This document shows, piece after piece, positions 9,801 to 17,350 of a stretch of 32,894 nt of DNA. Origin of the DNA: an uncultured Bacillota bacterium (lineage in GTDB: Bacteria; Bacillota_I; Bacilli_A; RF39; UBA660); assembly GCA_945928335.1 (NCBI GenBank), contig CAMENK010000001.1:1-32894 (forward strand). Reading direction: 5' to 3'. Each line of letters starts with the position of its first letter. The stretch's first letter is position 1. The notes beneath the pieces were generated by a model that saw only the letters and a program-made list of their open reading frames with translations, searched no databases and was not told the origin of the DNA. Made by a program: the position numbers and the translations under genes.

Positions 9801-10478
9801 ATGTTAGGTTCAGATGCATCTTTTGGTGGAATGGAAAATTATTTATTAGCGCATGGTAATTATAAAATATTTGATTTAAAATATGCAAAGGAAAATAATT
9901 TATTAAAAGATATAAAATTGACTTCATGGGGTATTTCTGATAGAGATTTATTTGAATTATCTAAAAAGGAACTAGTAAATTTATCAAATCAAGATAAACC
10001 TTTCTATTTTTCTTTAATGACGATTGATACTCATGCTCCTGAAGGAACATCATATAAAGATTGTAAAAGTGTTTCTGAAGATAAATATTTTAATTCTATT
10101 TATTGTGCTGATATTACTATAAATAGTTTTATAAATTGGCTAAAGGAACAGGATTTTTATGAGAATACAACTATAGTTTTAACAGGAGACCATTTATCTA
10201 TGAGCAGTTTAGTTGAAGTGGATAATCGCTCTATTTATAATGTTATTATAAATTCAAAAGTTGAACCAGAGAATGATAAAAATAGATTATTTACTAATTT
10301 AGATATGTATCCAACCATATTAGCAAGTTTAGGAGTAGAAATAGAAGAAAATCAATTAGGATTAGGTGTTAACTTATTTTCAAATAAAAAAACTTTAGCT
10401 GAAAAATATACATTTGTAGAATTTGTAACTCAAATGAGTTATTATTCAAGGTTTTATAATGATGAACTTCTTAATTAG
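6855..10478 (+). CDS. three-domain fusion: WaaL/Wzy (O-antigen-ligase-like) polytopic domain + WecG/TagA/CpsF GT26 domain + LtaS/OpgB-type phosphoglycerol-transferase (sulfatase-fold) domain
   Basis: Uninterrupted 1207-codon ORF with GAGGAG SD. aa ~1-480 are many TM helices plus the LFGIGYN... segment shared with the ORF at 11445. aa ~485-700 carry PDGNGI, LYGAKQ, FVALGSPKQENFI, MPVGGTFDV, LEWLYRMIKEPK (GT26). After about 3 more helices come LIVIYLESME, SWTTAGLVATTSG, MTIDTHAP, LTGDHLS (alkaline-phosphatase superfamily, LtaS/MdoB-like). Confidence 0.75.
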   Translation: MKKLFTKENLVNLSLILYILSILLDLHIFYNPVSTIIRVFFISIIFLIINFKFGNKKDRRILLSYFVLLFIYIILHLFSTSEFNIGFNITYNIYEELLYFLKMSMHILIIYSIYKLSISKEKFYKAIEISTLLIVLNIIICNIFKIGYTSYDFNSISYNIFDWFTKDINFLEASSKGYFHLTNQISAILILDMSIMLISMKEKQKIINTTTLFLTIIALFMLGTRISTYSVFIILGVSLIVYILTGIRDRSIKKSFVLTHIILLLISLVLYFKCPLISRNEFYSNKYKESEKKTEDIDLEDNIELTDEEFKDILKDYNIDPKFYNEYYPLEQDREFYEEYIKYDLSKVSNVRFLEKSIIERIKSLNNNKYDNLFGIGYNRMMNVFNIERDFVAQYYSIGILGCIIILGVYILLLLYSYFKSLFNLEKHFNYVNCMFLFILSYFLIAAYCTGNVLNSISCIIPYSFILGYYLSILNKKEKTEYEYILGFKTSTKNEKEILKETFKSDEQVILYNINPLIIMNFYKNKKAVKEFNKQDLNIPDGNGIILTSKLTSGCLANTIPGVELFESICKESVKHKYKIYLYGAKQNSVYNTKVGLESKYKGIKIVGYKNGYTKEKEVLEDILKKKPDILFVALGSPKQENFIIKNKSKLKKIKIIMPVGGTFDVISKNTKRAPLIVRDLKLEWLYRMIKEPKLFKNLGKFIKYFFTVLFFNNHYNKKVISKEKKVVKEKSYKLRKVLGYLCVALPLLILLSVLWANKTFGNPDIDEILFTMTNSLNGTDMKIILSYCLYALLPVILFTIIYFILLKITKRNEKFNKIYLIIILFGIIMCGFTSLYVERRFSIKEYVSVNKTSTEFVEKNYVATDLDNISFPEDKNNLIVIYLESMEMTFSSKENGGSYDFNYIPNLTKLAQENINFSNSELLGGANSISSLSWTTAGLVATTSGLPIKTSFRNANDQIFVFPNINALGNVMQENGYNMEFMLGSDASFGGMENYLLAHGNYKIFDLKYAKENNLLKDIKLTSWGISDRDLFELSKKELVNLSNQDKPFYFSLMTIDTHAPEGTSYKDCKSVSEDKYFNSIYCADITINSFINWLKEQDFYENTTIVLTGDHLSMSSLVEVDNRSIYNVIINSKVEPENDKNRLFTNLDMYPTILASLGVEIEENQLGLGVNLFSNKKTLAEKYTFVEFVTQMSYYSRFYNDELLN

Positions 10479-10857
10479 AAAAAGTAATAATAGATTTATT
10501 AAATATTGTATATTTGGAAGCTTAATAAGTATTTTAGAAATTATTTTATATTATGTACTTGCTAAGTATCTACATATTTATCCACTGCTTTCTAATGCAA
10601 TTGCCTTTTTAGTTTCGGTGTCATTGTCTTTTTATGCTAATAGTAAATATGTTTTTAAGACTATGTTTATTAGTAAGAAAAATAAAATTAGAAGCTTTTG
10701 TCTATTTTTAAGCAGTAGAGTAATAGGATTATTTGTGGATTCTTCTATTTTATACTTATTGCTTTATATAAATTGTTCAAATTTAATCGCTAAAACAATT
10801 TCTTGTATTTCTACAACAATTATAAATTATTTTATGGGAAAATATATATTTAAATGA
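10459..10857 (+). CDS. GtrA-family membrane protein
   Basis: 132 aa with 4 predicted helices. N-terminal FIKYCIFGSL... and C-terminal INYFMGKYIFK are typical of GtrA-like proteins. It overlaps the preceding ORF by 20 nt. Confidence 0.7.
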   Translation: MMNFLIRKSNNRFIKYCIFGSLISILEIILYYVLAKYLHIYPLLSNAIAFLVSVSLSFYANSKYVFKTMFISKKNKIRSFCLFLSSRVIGLFVDSSILYLLLYINCSNLIAKTISCISTTIINYFMGKYIFK

Positions 10858-10860
10858 TTT

Positions 10861-10890
10861 AAGTTAAAAGTTTTCTTTTAACTTTTTATT
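10861..10890 (+). terminator. weak AT-only hairpin after the GtrA gene
   Basis: aagttaaaa (10861-10869) / ttttaactt (10876-10884) followed by tttatt. No GC pairs, so weak. Confidence 0.3.
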
Positions 10891-10902
10891 TGGGTTATAT
10901 TT

Positions 10903-10911
10903 TGGTATAAT
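10903..10911 (+). promoter_or_regulatory. extended -10 promoter element (TGGTATAAT)
   Basis: Perfect TGnTATAAT 17 nt upstream of ATG 10928. Confidence 0.45.
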
Positions 10912-10927
10912 TATTTGGGAGATATGT

Positions 10928-11461
10928 ATGAAAAGTTATGTAAAAAAACAATTATTAAGATTAAGAGTTTATATTATATTTGATGCTGTTAAAAGAACTA
11001 AATACATTAAAAAGAAGAATATATTTTATAAAGTTGGAGAAAATTTCTTTTTTCAACCTAGAAAATTACCTAGTGATCCTGAAATGATTAGTTTTGGAAA
11101 TAATGTTGTTGTGGCTAGTGATGTAACTTTTATCAATCATGATATTATTAATACTATGTTAAATGGATTATCAAGAAATAAATATTATTCATATTATTTA
11201 AGACCTATAAGTATTGGAGATAATGTTTTTATAGGCTCTAATACTATTATTCTTCCTGATGTAAAAATTGGCAATAATGTGATCATCGGAGCTGGTAGTG
11301 TTGTAACTAAAGATGTAAGTAATAATACTGTTGTTTGTGGAAATCCAGCAAAAGAAGTTTGTACTTTTAATGAATTTCTTGATAAAAGATCACAGATTTA
11401 TACTAATGACATTATAGAGATAGATAAGTTATGGAGAATGTTTTATGATGAAAAAAATTGA
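10928..11461 (+). CDS. left-handed beta-helix (hexapeptide-repeat) O-acetyltransferase
   Basis: Repeated [LIV]-G-x4 hexapeptides (ISIGDNVFIGSNTIILPDVKIGNNVIIGAGSVVTKDV) and a C-terminal GNPAKEV, as in maltose/galactoside-type acetyltransferases. Confidence 0.8.
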   Translation: MKSYVKKQLLRLRVYIIFDAVKRTKYIKKKNIFYKVGENFFFQPRKLPSDPEMISFGNNVVVASDVTFINHDIINTMLNGLSRNKYYSYYLRPISIGDNVFIGSNTIILPDVKIGNNVIIGAGSVVTKDVSNNTVVCGNPAKEVCTFNEFLDKRSQIYTNDIIEIDKLWRMFYDEKN

Positions 11462-12692
11462 AGATAGTAAAAATAAAGTAGTTTTAATATTTTTATATTT
11501 ACAGCCTTTTTTAGATATATTAGCTGCATTTCTTATGTATAATGGAATAAGTAATTATATTACATCATTTATAAGAATTATGTTTATGTTTTTTATGATT
11601 GTTTATTTGTTTTTTGCTAAATATGATAATAAGAGAAAAGTTATTTTATATTTGATTTTATTAATAACTTATTTATTAATTCACATTTTACTTATGATAA
11701 TTTATAAGGATGTTAGTGTCTTATTTTATGAATTAAGAAATACTATTTCTACATTTTATTTTGTTTTTTTACTTATAACTTTTGGAGTTATATATTCGGA
11801 TAAGTGTATAAGTAAAATTCATTTAAGAAATTTGTGGCTTATTTATTTGTCGTTTATATTTATACCAAATATATTAGGAATTGGATTTAATAGTTATTCT
11901 CATAGTAAAACTGGGATGTCTGGATTCTTTTACTCTGCTAATGTTGTTGGTTCAATTTTGGTCATACTATTACCAACTATTTTTAATACTTTAAAAAAAT
12001 TTCCAATTTGGGTTAAATGTATTTTAATTATAGTAACTTTATATAGTTTATTTAGTTTGGGTACTAAAACACCAGTGCTTGCTTTGTTAATTATTATTAT
12101 TTTTAATGTATTGTATTTTGCTTATAAATTATTTAAGAATAAGAATAAAAAAGGAATAATCATTATAATAAGTAGTTTTATATTAGTAGCATTGACAGGT
12201 ATAATTGTGATTCCAAAAACTAGTTTTTATAAAAACTTAGAGATTCATTATGAGTTTTTAGAGAAAAATAATATTAAAGTGGGAAGTAAAAAATTTTTTG
12301 ATCATTTTATTTTTAGCCAGAGGTTATCTATGGAAGAACGTAGCAGATTAAATTATAACAATAGTCCTTTAATTGAAAAATTATTTGGTATTGGTTATAT
12401 TGAAAACTATGGTACTGATGATGTAAATTTGAAGATGGTTGAAATGGATTATTTTGATATTTTTTATAGAGAAGGAATTATAGGTTTTATTTTATTTTTT
12501 ATACCGGTAGTTATTGTGATTACTAAGTTTTTAAAAAATTATAAAAATAATTTTGATAATCTTAATATATTTATATCTATTCTTTTAATATTCTTATTAG
12601 CTCTATTTCAAGGACATATATTTATAACGCCGGCTATAAGCATTTTTGTAGCTTTGATATTTATTATTAGTATTAGGCAGATTAAATGTTAA
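11445..12692 (+). CDS. O-antigen-ligase/polymerase-like (Wzy_C family) polytopic membrane protein
   Basis: 415 aa with at least 10 hydrophobic helices, a large hydrophilic loop, then LFGIGYIENYG...REGIIGFILFF. It is paralogous to the N-terminal domain of the 1207-aa fusion. Confidence 0.7.
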   Translation: MMKKIEDSKNKVVLIFLYLQPFLDILAAFLMYNGISNYITSFIRIMFMFFMIVYLFFAKYDNKRKVILYLILLITYLLIHILLMIIYKDVSVLFYELRNTISTFYFVFLLITFGVIYSDKCISKIHLRNLWLIYLSFIFIPNILGIGFNSYSHSKTGMSGFFYSANVVGSILVILLPTIFNTLKKFPIWVKCILIIVTLYSLFSLGTKTPVLALLIIIIFNVLYFAYKLFKNKNKKGIIIIISSFILVALTGIIVIPKTSFYKNLEIHYEFLEKNNIKVGSKKFFDHFIFSQRLSMEERSRLNYNNSPLIEKLFGIGYIENYGTDDVNLKMVEMDYFDIFYREGIIGFILFFIPVVIVITKFLKNYKNNFDNLNIFISILLIFLLALFQGHIFITPAISIFVALIFIISIRQIKC

Positions 12693-12759
12693 ATTATGAA
12701 TAAAAAATGTTAATTTGTTTTAAAAATTTATATATTTTTGAGTAAAATTACATTAAAAA

Positions 12760-12788
12760 TTGATTAAAGCTAATAAAAAAGTTATAAT
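12760..12788 (+). promoter_or_regulatory. sigma-A type promoter for the ABC-exporter/sugar-nucleotide operon
   Basis: TTGATT (12760-12765), a 17-nt spacer, then TATAAT (12783-12788), 20 nt upstream of ATG 12809 with AAAGGAG SD. Confidence 0.6.
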
Positions 12789-12808
12789 AATATTACAAAG
12801 GAGTTAAA

Positions 12809-13609
12809 ATGATTAAAGCAATAATAAATAATTTTAAAAAATATTCTTTTCTCATGAGTCAAATGATTATGAGGGATTTCAAAGTAAAATATAAAAGAAG
12901 TGTTTTAGGAGTGGTTTGGAGTTTACTATATCCTGTTTTAATGATGGCTGTTATGGCGTTGGTTTTTTCAAATATGTTTAAATTTAAAGTTGAAGGCGTA
13001 AACTATTTGGTTTATTTGATGATAGGATTAGTTATTTTTAACTATTTTAATGAAGCTTCTACTACTGCAATGAGTTCTGTTATAACAAATTTTTCACTTA
13101 TCAATAAGGTATATATTCCAAAATATATTTTCCCTTTATCTAAATGTTTATTTGTTGGAATAAATTTTCTATTAACTTTAATACCATTATTAATAATAAT
13201 AGTTTTTACAGGAACGCCTGAAACAAGATGTATTATTAACATTTATTATTTGTTAATTCCAATTGCGTTTGTTTGTATGTTTTTGTTTACTGTTGGTATT
13301 GGTTTTATTTTATCTACAATTGCTGTATTTTTTAGAGATATTTTATATATTTATGGAATTATTATGACTATATGGACTTATTTTACACCTATTTTTTATG
13401 ATTTGAGTATTTTGCCTGTTAAATTGCAAGCTTTATTTAAATTGAATCCATTATATCAATTTATAAACTTTGTAAGAACTATAGTATTATATAATCAATT
13501 ACCTTCATTTGGGAATTTCTTAGGATGTATATTTTATGGTGTCTTTGCATTTTTAATAGGTTGTATTGTATTTAAGAAAAATCAAGATAAATTTATTTAC
13601 TATATATAG
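12809..13609 (+). CDS. tagG: ABC-2 type polysaccharide/teichoic-acid export permease
   Basis: 266 aa with 6 predicted helices. N-terminal MRDFKVKYKRSVLGVVWSLLYP is characteristic of TagG/Wzm/KpsM permeases. Confidence 0.85.
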   Translation: MIKAIINNFKKYSFLMSQMIMRDFKVKYKRSVLGVVWSLLYPVLMMAVMALVFSNMFKFKVEGVNYLVYLMIGLVIFNYFNEASTTAMSSVITNFSLINKVYIPKYIFPLSKCLFVGINFLLTLIPLLIIIVFTGTPETRCIINIYYLLIPIAFVCMFLFTVGIGFILSTIAVFFRDILYIYGIIMTIWTYFTPIFYDLSILPVKLQALFKLNPLYQFINFVRTIVLYNQLPSFGNFLGCIFYGVFAFLIGCIVFKKNQDKFIYYI

Positions 13610-13619
13610 GAGGTGTTTT

Positions 13620-14351
13620 ATGATAAGTGTTAAAAATGTTACTATGAAGTTTAATCTTGGTATAGAAAAGAATAATTCTTTTAAAGAAACATTTATAAAT
13701 ATGTTTAAGAAAAAACAGAAAGTAAATAATGATTTTATTGCTCTTAAAAATGTAAGTTTTGAAGTTAATAAGGGTGAAGTTATTGGCATTGTTGGTAGTA
13801 ATGGAGCTGGAAAGAGTACCTTATTAAAGATAGTTAGTGGTGTAATGAAGCCAACTAAAGGAGAGGTTGAAGTTAATGGTGTAATATCTCCGATGATTGA
13901 ACTTGGTGCTGGATTTGACATGGAACTTACTGCTAGAGAAAACATATTTTTAAATGGTGCAGTTCTAGGATATTCTAAACAATTTTTGGAAGAAAAATTT
14001 AATGATATTGTTGAATTTTCTGAATTAAAGGAATTTTTGGATGTTCCTATTAAAAATTTTTCATCAGGTATGATTGCAAAACTTGCATTTTCTATAGCTA
14101 CTATTGTAAATCCTGAAATACTAATAGTTGATGAAATTTTGTCGGTTGGAGATATTAAATTTCAAGAAAAAAGTAAAAATAAGATGATGGAAATGATTAG
14201 GGGTGGAACTACAGTGTTATTTGTTTCACATTCTTTAGATCAAATAAGGGCTTTGTGTAATAGAGTTATTTGGTTAGAACATGGTGAAGTTCAAATGATT
14301 GGTGATGTTAATATTGTTTGTGATGAATATTATAATAAACAAATGAAGTGA
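13620..14351 (+). CDS. tagH: polysaccharide/teichoic-acid export ABC ATP-binding protein (no C-terminal carbohydrate-binding extension)
   Basis: Walker A GSNGAGKST, signature FSSGM, Walker B ILIVDE, H-loop. The start is set at ATG 13620 behind TAGGAGG rather than 13566, which would overlap tagG. Confidence 0.85.
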   Translation: MISVKNVTMKFNLGIEKNNSFKETFINMFKKKQKVNNDFIALKNVSFEVNKGEVIGIVGSNGAGKSTLLKIVSGVMKPTKGEVEVNGVISPMIELGAGFDMELTARENIFLNGAVLGYSKQFLEEKFNDIVEFSELKEFLDVPIKNFSSGMIAKLAFSIATIVNPEILIVDEILSVGDIKFQEKSKNKMMEMIRGGTTVLFVSHSLDQIRALCNRVIWLEHGEVQMIGDVNIVCDEYYNKQMK

Positions 14352-14362
14352 GGAGATAAAAA

Positions 14363-15370
14363 ATGAGTATATTTAAAGACAAGGTATTATTAATAACTGG
14401 AGGAACTGGTTCTTTTGGGAATGCAGTATTAAAAAGATTTCTAGATACGGATATCAAAGAAATAAGAATATTTTCTAGAGATGAAAAAAAGCAAGAAGAT
14501 ATGAGAATTAAGTATAAGAATGACAAAATTAAATTTTATATTGGAGATGTTAGAAACTATAGAAGTGTTGAGGATGCAATGGATGGAGTAGATTATATTT
14601 TTCATGCAGCTGCATTAAAACAAGTTCCGTCATGTGAGTTTTTTCCAATAGAGGCGGTTGAAACAAATATTTTGGGAACAAATAATGTTCTTGAGGCAGC
14701 AATAAATCATAATGTAAAAAAAGTAATAGTATTAAGCACTGATAAGGCAGCCTATCCTATAAATGCAATGGGTATGAGTAAAGCCCTTATGGAAAAAGTT
14801 GCAATTGCAAAAGGTAGAAATTTAAGAGACAATCAAACAGTAATATGTAGGACTAGATATGGTAATGTAATGGCTTCTAGAGGTAGTGTTATTCCTTTAT
14901 TTTGTGATCAAATAAATGAAGGATTATCTTTAACTATAACAAATCCTGATATGACTAGATTTATGATGACTTTAGAAGATGCTGTTGATTTAGTAATTTA
15001 TGCTTTTGAACATGGAGAGCAAGGTGATTTGTTTGTTCAAAAAGCACCTGCTGCCACAATTGGAACGTTAGCACAAGCTGTAAAAGAATTAAAGAAAAGC
15101 GACTCTAAAATAAATATTATAGGTACTCGTCATGGTGAAAAATTATATGAAGTATTAGTTACTAAAGAAGAAATGGTTAATGCAGTTGATTTGGGAGATT
15201 ATTATAAAATTCCTGCTGATAATAGAAATCTAAATTATCAAAAATATGAAAATGTAGGAAATAAAAAGCTTGATGATATAGAAGAATATAATTCTCATAA
15301 TACTAGAAGATTGGATGTAGAGGAAATGAAAAAATTGTTGCTTAAATTAGATTTGTTTAAAGAGGAGTAA
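14363..15370 (+). CDS. UDP-GlcNAc 4,6-dehydratase/5-epimerase, CapE/FnlA/WbvB type
   Basis: LITGGTGSFGNA Rossmann motif and the AMGMSKALMEK segment, i.e. the MxxxK variant of the SDR YxxxK triad that distinguishes CapE/FnlA-type enzymes. Confidence 0.8.
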   Translation: MSIFKDKVLLITGGTGSFGNAVLKRFLDTDIKEIRIFSRDEKKQEDMRIKYKNDKIKFYIGDVRNYRSVEDAMDGVDYIFHAAALKQVPSCEFFPIEAVETNILGTNNVLEAAINHNVKKVIVLSTDKAAYPINAMGMSKALMEKVAIAKGRNLRDNQTVICRTRYGNVMASRGSVIPLFCDQINEGLSLTITNPDMTRFMMTLEDAVDLVIYAFEHGEQGDLFVQKAPAATIGTLAQAVKELKKSDSKINIIGTRHGEKLYEVLVTKEEMVNAVDLGDYYKIPADNRNLNYQKYENVGNKKLDDIEEYNSHNTRRLDVEEMKKLLLKLDLFKEE

Positions 15371-15371
15371 T

Positions 15372-16214
15372 ATGAAAAAAATTTTAGTAATCGGAAAAAC
15401 AGGAATGTTAGGACATGTTGTATTTAAGTATTTTGAAAGTAAAGATTATATTGTTGCTGGTACAAGTAGAAAAGAAAAAGATAATTTTTATTTCGATGTT
15501 TTAGATAATTATAAAGCAATTGAAAACATAATTTCTGAATTTCAACCTAATGTTATAATAAATTGTATAGGTGTATTAAATAAAGACGCAGAAGCAAATC
15601 CTGCCAAGGCAATTTTAATAAATAGTTTTTTTCCACATTATTTAGATAATTTGTCAAAAACATATAATTATAAATTGGTTCATATAAGTACTGATTGTGT
15701 ATTTAGTGGAAAGCAAGGAAATTATAATGAAAATAGTGTAAAAGATGCTTATTCTATTTATGGTCAGAGTAAAGCATTAGGAGAAGTTGTTAATGATAGA
15801 AATGTAACTCTTAGAACTTCAATTATAGGGCCAGATATGAACTCGAATGGAATTGGTTTATTTCATTGGTTTATGAATCAGACTGGTGAAATTAAGGGTT
15901 ATGATAAAGTTATTTGGACTGGCGTTACAACTCTAGAATTAGCTAAACAAATTGAGGTTGCAATAAATAATGATTTAGTTGGTTTATATCATGTAGTTAA
16001 TTCTGAAAAAATTGATAAATATAGTCTTTTAAGTCTTATTAAAGATGTGTTTAATAAAGATATAAATATTATTCCTGATTCTTCTGTTATTTCAGACAAA
16101 AGTTTAATTATAACTAGAAATGATTTTAAATTTAATGTTCCAAGTTATGAGGTTATGATTAAAGAAATGAAAGAATGGATTTTGGAAAATAAAGATTTAT
16201 ATATGTATGATTAG
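15372..16214 (+). CDS. RmlD-like SDR 4-reductase (WbvR-like; UDP-2-acetamido-2,6-dideoxy-L-hexos-4-ulose reductase candidate)
   Basis: 280 aa with VIGKTGMLG and HISTDCVFSG...YGQSKALGE, as in dTDP-4-dehydrorhamnose reductases. It is much shorter than CapF/FnlB-type reductases. Confidence 0.65.
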   Translation: MKKILVIGKTGMLGHVVFKYFESKDYIVAGTSRKEKDNFYFDVLDNYKAIENIISEFQPNVIINCIGVLNKDAEANPAKAILINSFFPHYLDNLSKTYNYKLVHISTDCVFSGKQGNYNENSVKDAYSIYGQSKALGEVVNDRNVTLRTSIIGPDMNSNGIGLFHWFMNQTGEIKGYDKVIWTGVTTLELAKQIEVAINNDLVGLYHVVNSEKIDKYSLLSLIKDVFNKDINIIPDSSVISDKSLIITRNDFKFNVPSYEVMIKEMKEWILENKDLYMYD

Positions 16215-16226
16215 GAGAAATAAGTT

Positions 16227-17336
16227 ATGAGAGTAATGACAATAGTTGGTACAAGACCAGAAATAATAAAGTTATCTTGTGTTATAAAAGAATTAGATAA
16301 ATATACTGATCATATTTTAGTTCATACTGGGCAGAATTATGATTATGAGTTAAATCAAGTGTTTTTTGAAGATTTGGGATTGCGTGAGCCGGATGTTTAT
16401 ATGAATGCAGCTGGTAATACTCCTGCCGAAACAATTGGGAATGTAATTAAAATTTCTGATGATTTATTTAAAAAGTATAAACCTGATGCAGTTTTGCTTT
16501 ATGGTGATACTAATTCATGTTTAGCAGTTATTTCGGCTAAAAGAAACAAAATACCTGTTTTTCATATGGAAGCTGGAAATAGATGTTTTGATGAAAGAGT
16601 TCCTGAAGAAATAAATAGAAAAATACTAGACCATTTAAGTGATATAAATATGACATTAACTGAACATGCTAGAAGGTATTTAATAGCTGAAGGTATTAAG
16701 CCAGAAACTATTATTAAAACAGGTTCTAGTATGAAAGAAGTTTTTGAAATGAATAAAGAAAAAATTGAAAATAGTGATGTTCTTAATAGATTGGGATTAG
16801 AAAAAAATGAATACTTTGTTTTAAGTACTCACAGAGAAGAAAATGTTGATAATCTAGACAACTTTAATAAATTATTAGAATCAATAAATAAAGTTGCTGA
16901 AGTGTATAAAATGCCGATAGTATTTAGTGTTCATCCTAGAACAAGAAAAAAAATAGAAGAAATTGGTTTTGAATTTAATCCTTTAGTTAAATATATGAAA
17001 CCTTTAGGTTTTAATGATTATAATAAACTTCAAATGAATGCATTTTGTGTTATTAGTGATAGTGGGACTATTACTGAAGAATCTTCTTTATTAGGTTTTC
17101 CAGCAATAACTGTTCGTCAAGCTCATGAAAGACCTGAGGGAATGGATGAAGGGACTTTAATTATGAGTGGAGTGGATTCAGATACTATCATAGATTCTAT
17201 TAAGGTTGTTACTGATCAAAATGTAAAAATGAATGTTGTTAAAGATTATGATGTAGATCATTTAGCAAGTAAAGTGGTAAGAATAATAATGAGTTATACT
17301 GGCTATATTAATAGAACAGTTTGGAAAAAGTATTAA
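16227..17336 (+). CDS. non-hydrolysing UDP-N-acetylhexosamine 2-epimerase (FnlC/WbvD/CapG-like)
   Basis: MTIVGTRPEIIKL N-terminus, YGDTNS, HMEAGNRCFD, HREEN, and DSGTITEES motifs of the WecB/MnaA epimerase fold. Confidence 0.85.
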   Translation: MRVMTIVGTRPEIIKLSCVIKELDKYTDHILVHTGQNYDYELNQVFFEDLGLREPDVYMNAAGNTPAETIGNVIKISDDLFKKYKPDAVLLYGDTNSCLAVISAKRNKIPVFHMEAGNRCFDERVPEEINRKILDHLSDINMTLTEHARRYLIAEGIKPETIIKTGSSMKEVFEMNKEKIENSDVLNRLGLEKNEYFVLSTHREENVDNLDNFNKLLESINKVAEVYKMPIVFSVHPRTRKKIEEIGFEFNPLVKYMKPLGFNDYNKLQMNAFCVISDSGTITEESSLLGFPAITVRQAHERPEGMDEGTLIMSGVDSDTIIDSIKVVTDQNVKMNVVKDYDVDHLASKVVRIIMSYTGYINRTVWKKY

Positions 17337-17350
17337 AGTAGGTGATTGAC

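Noticed and set aside
6855-10478. The 1207-aa ORF as an artefact of three adjacent genes merged by annotation.
   Set aside because: The frame is continuously open in the given sequence, with no internal stops and no internal SD/start pairs at the domain junctions that I could see. A sequencing error remains possible and is listed as a refutation test.
13566-13619. An N-terminal extension of the ABC ATPase, using the table start at 13566.
   Set aside because: It would overlap tagG by 44 nt. ATG 13620 has a TAGGAGG SD at ideal spacing and yields a normal ABC N-terminus (MISVKNVTMKF).
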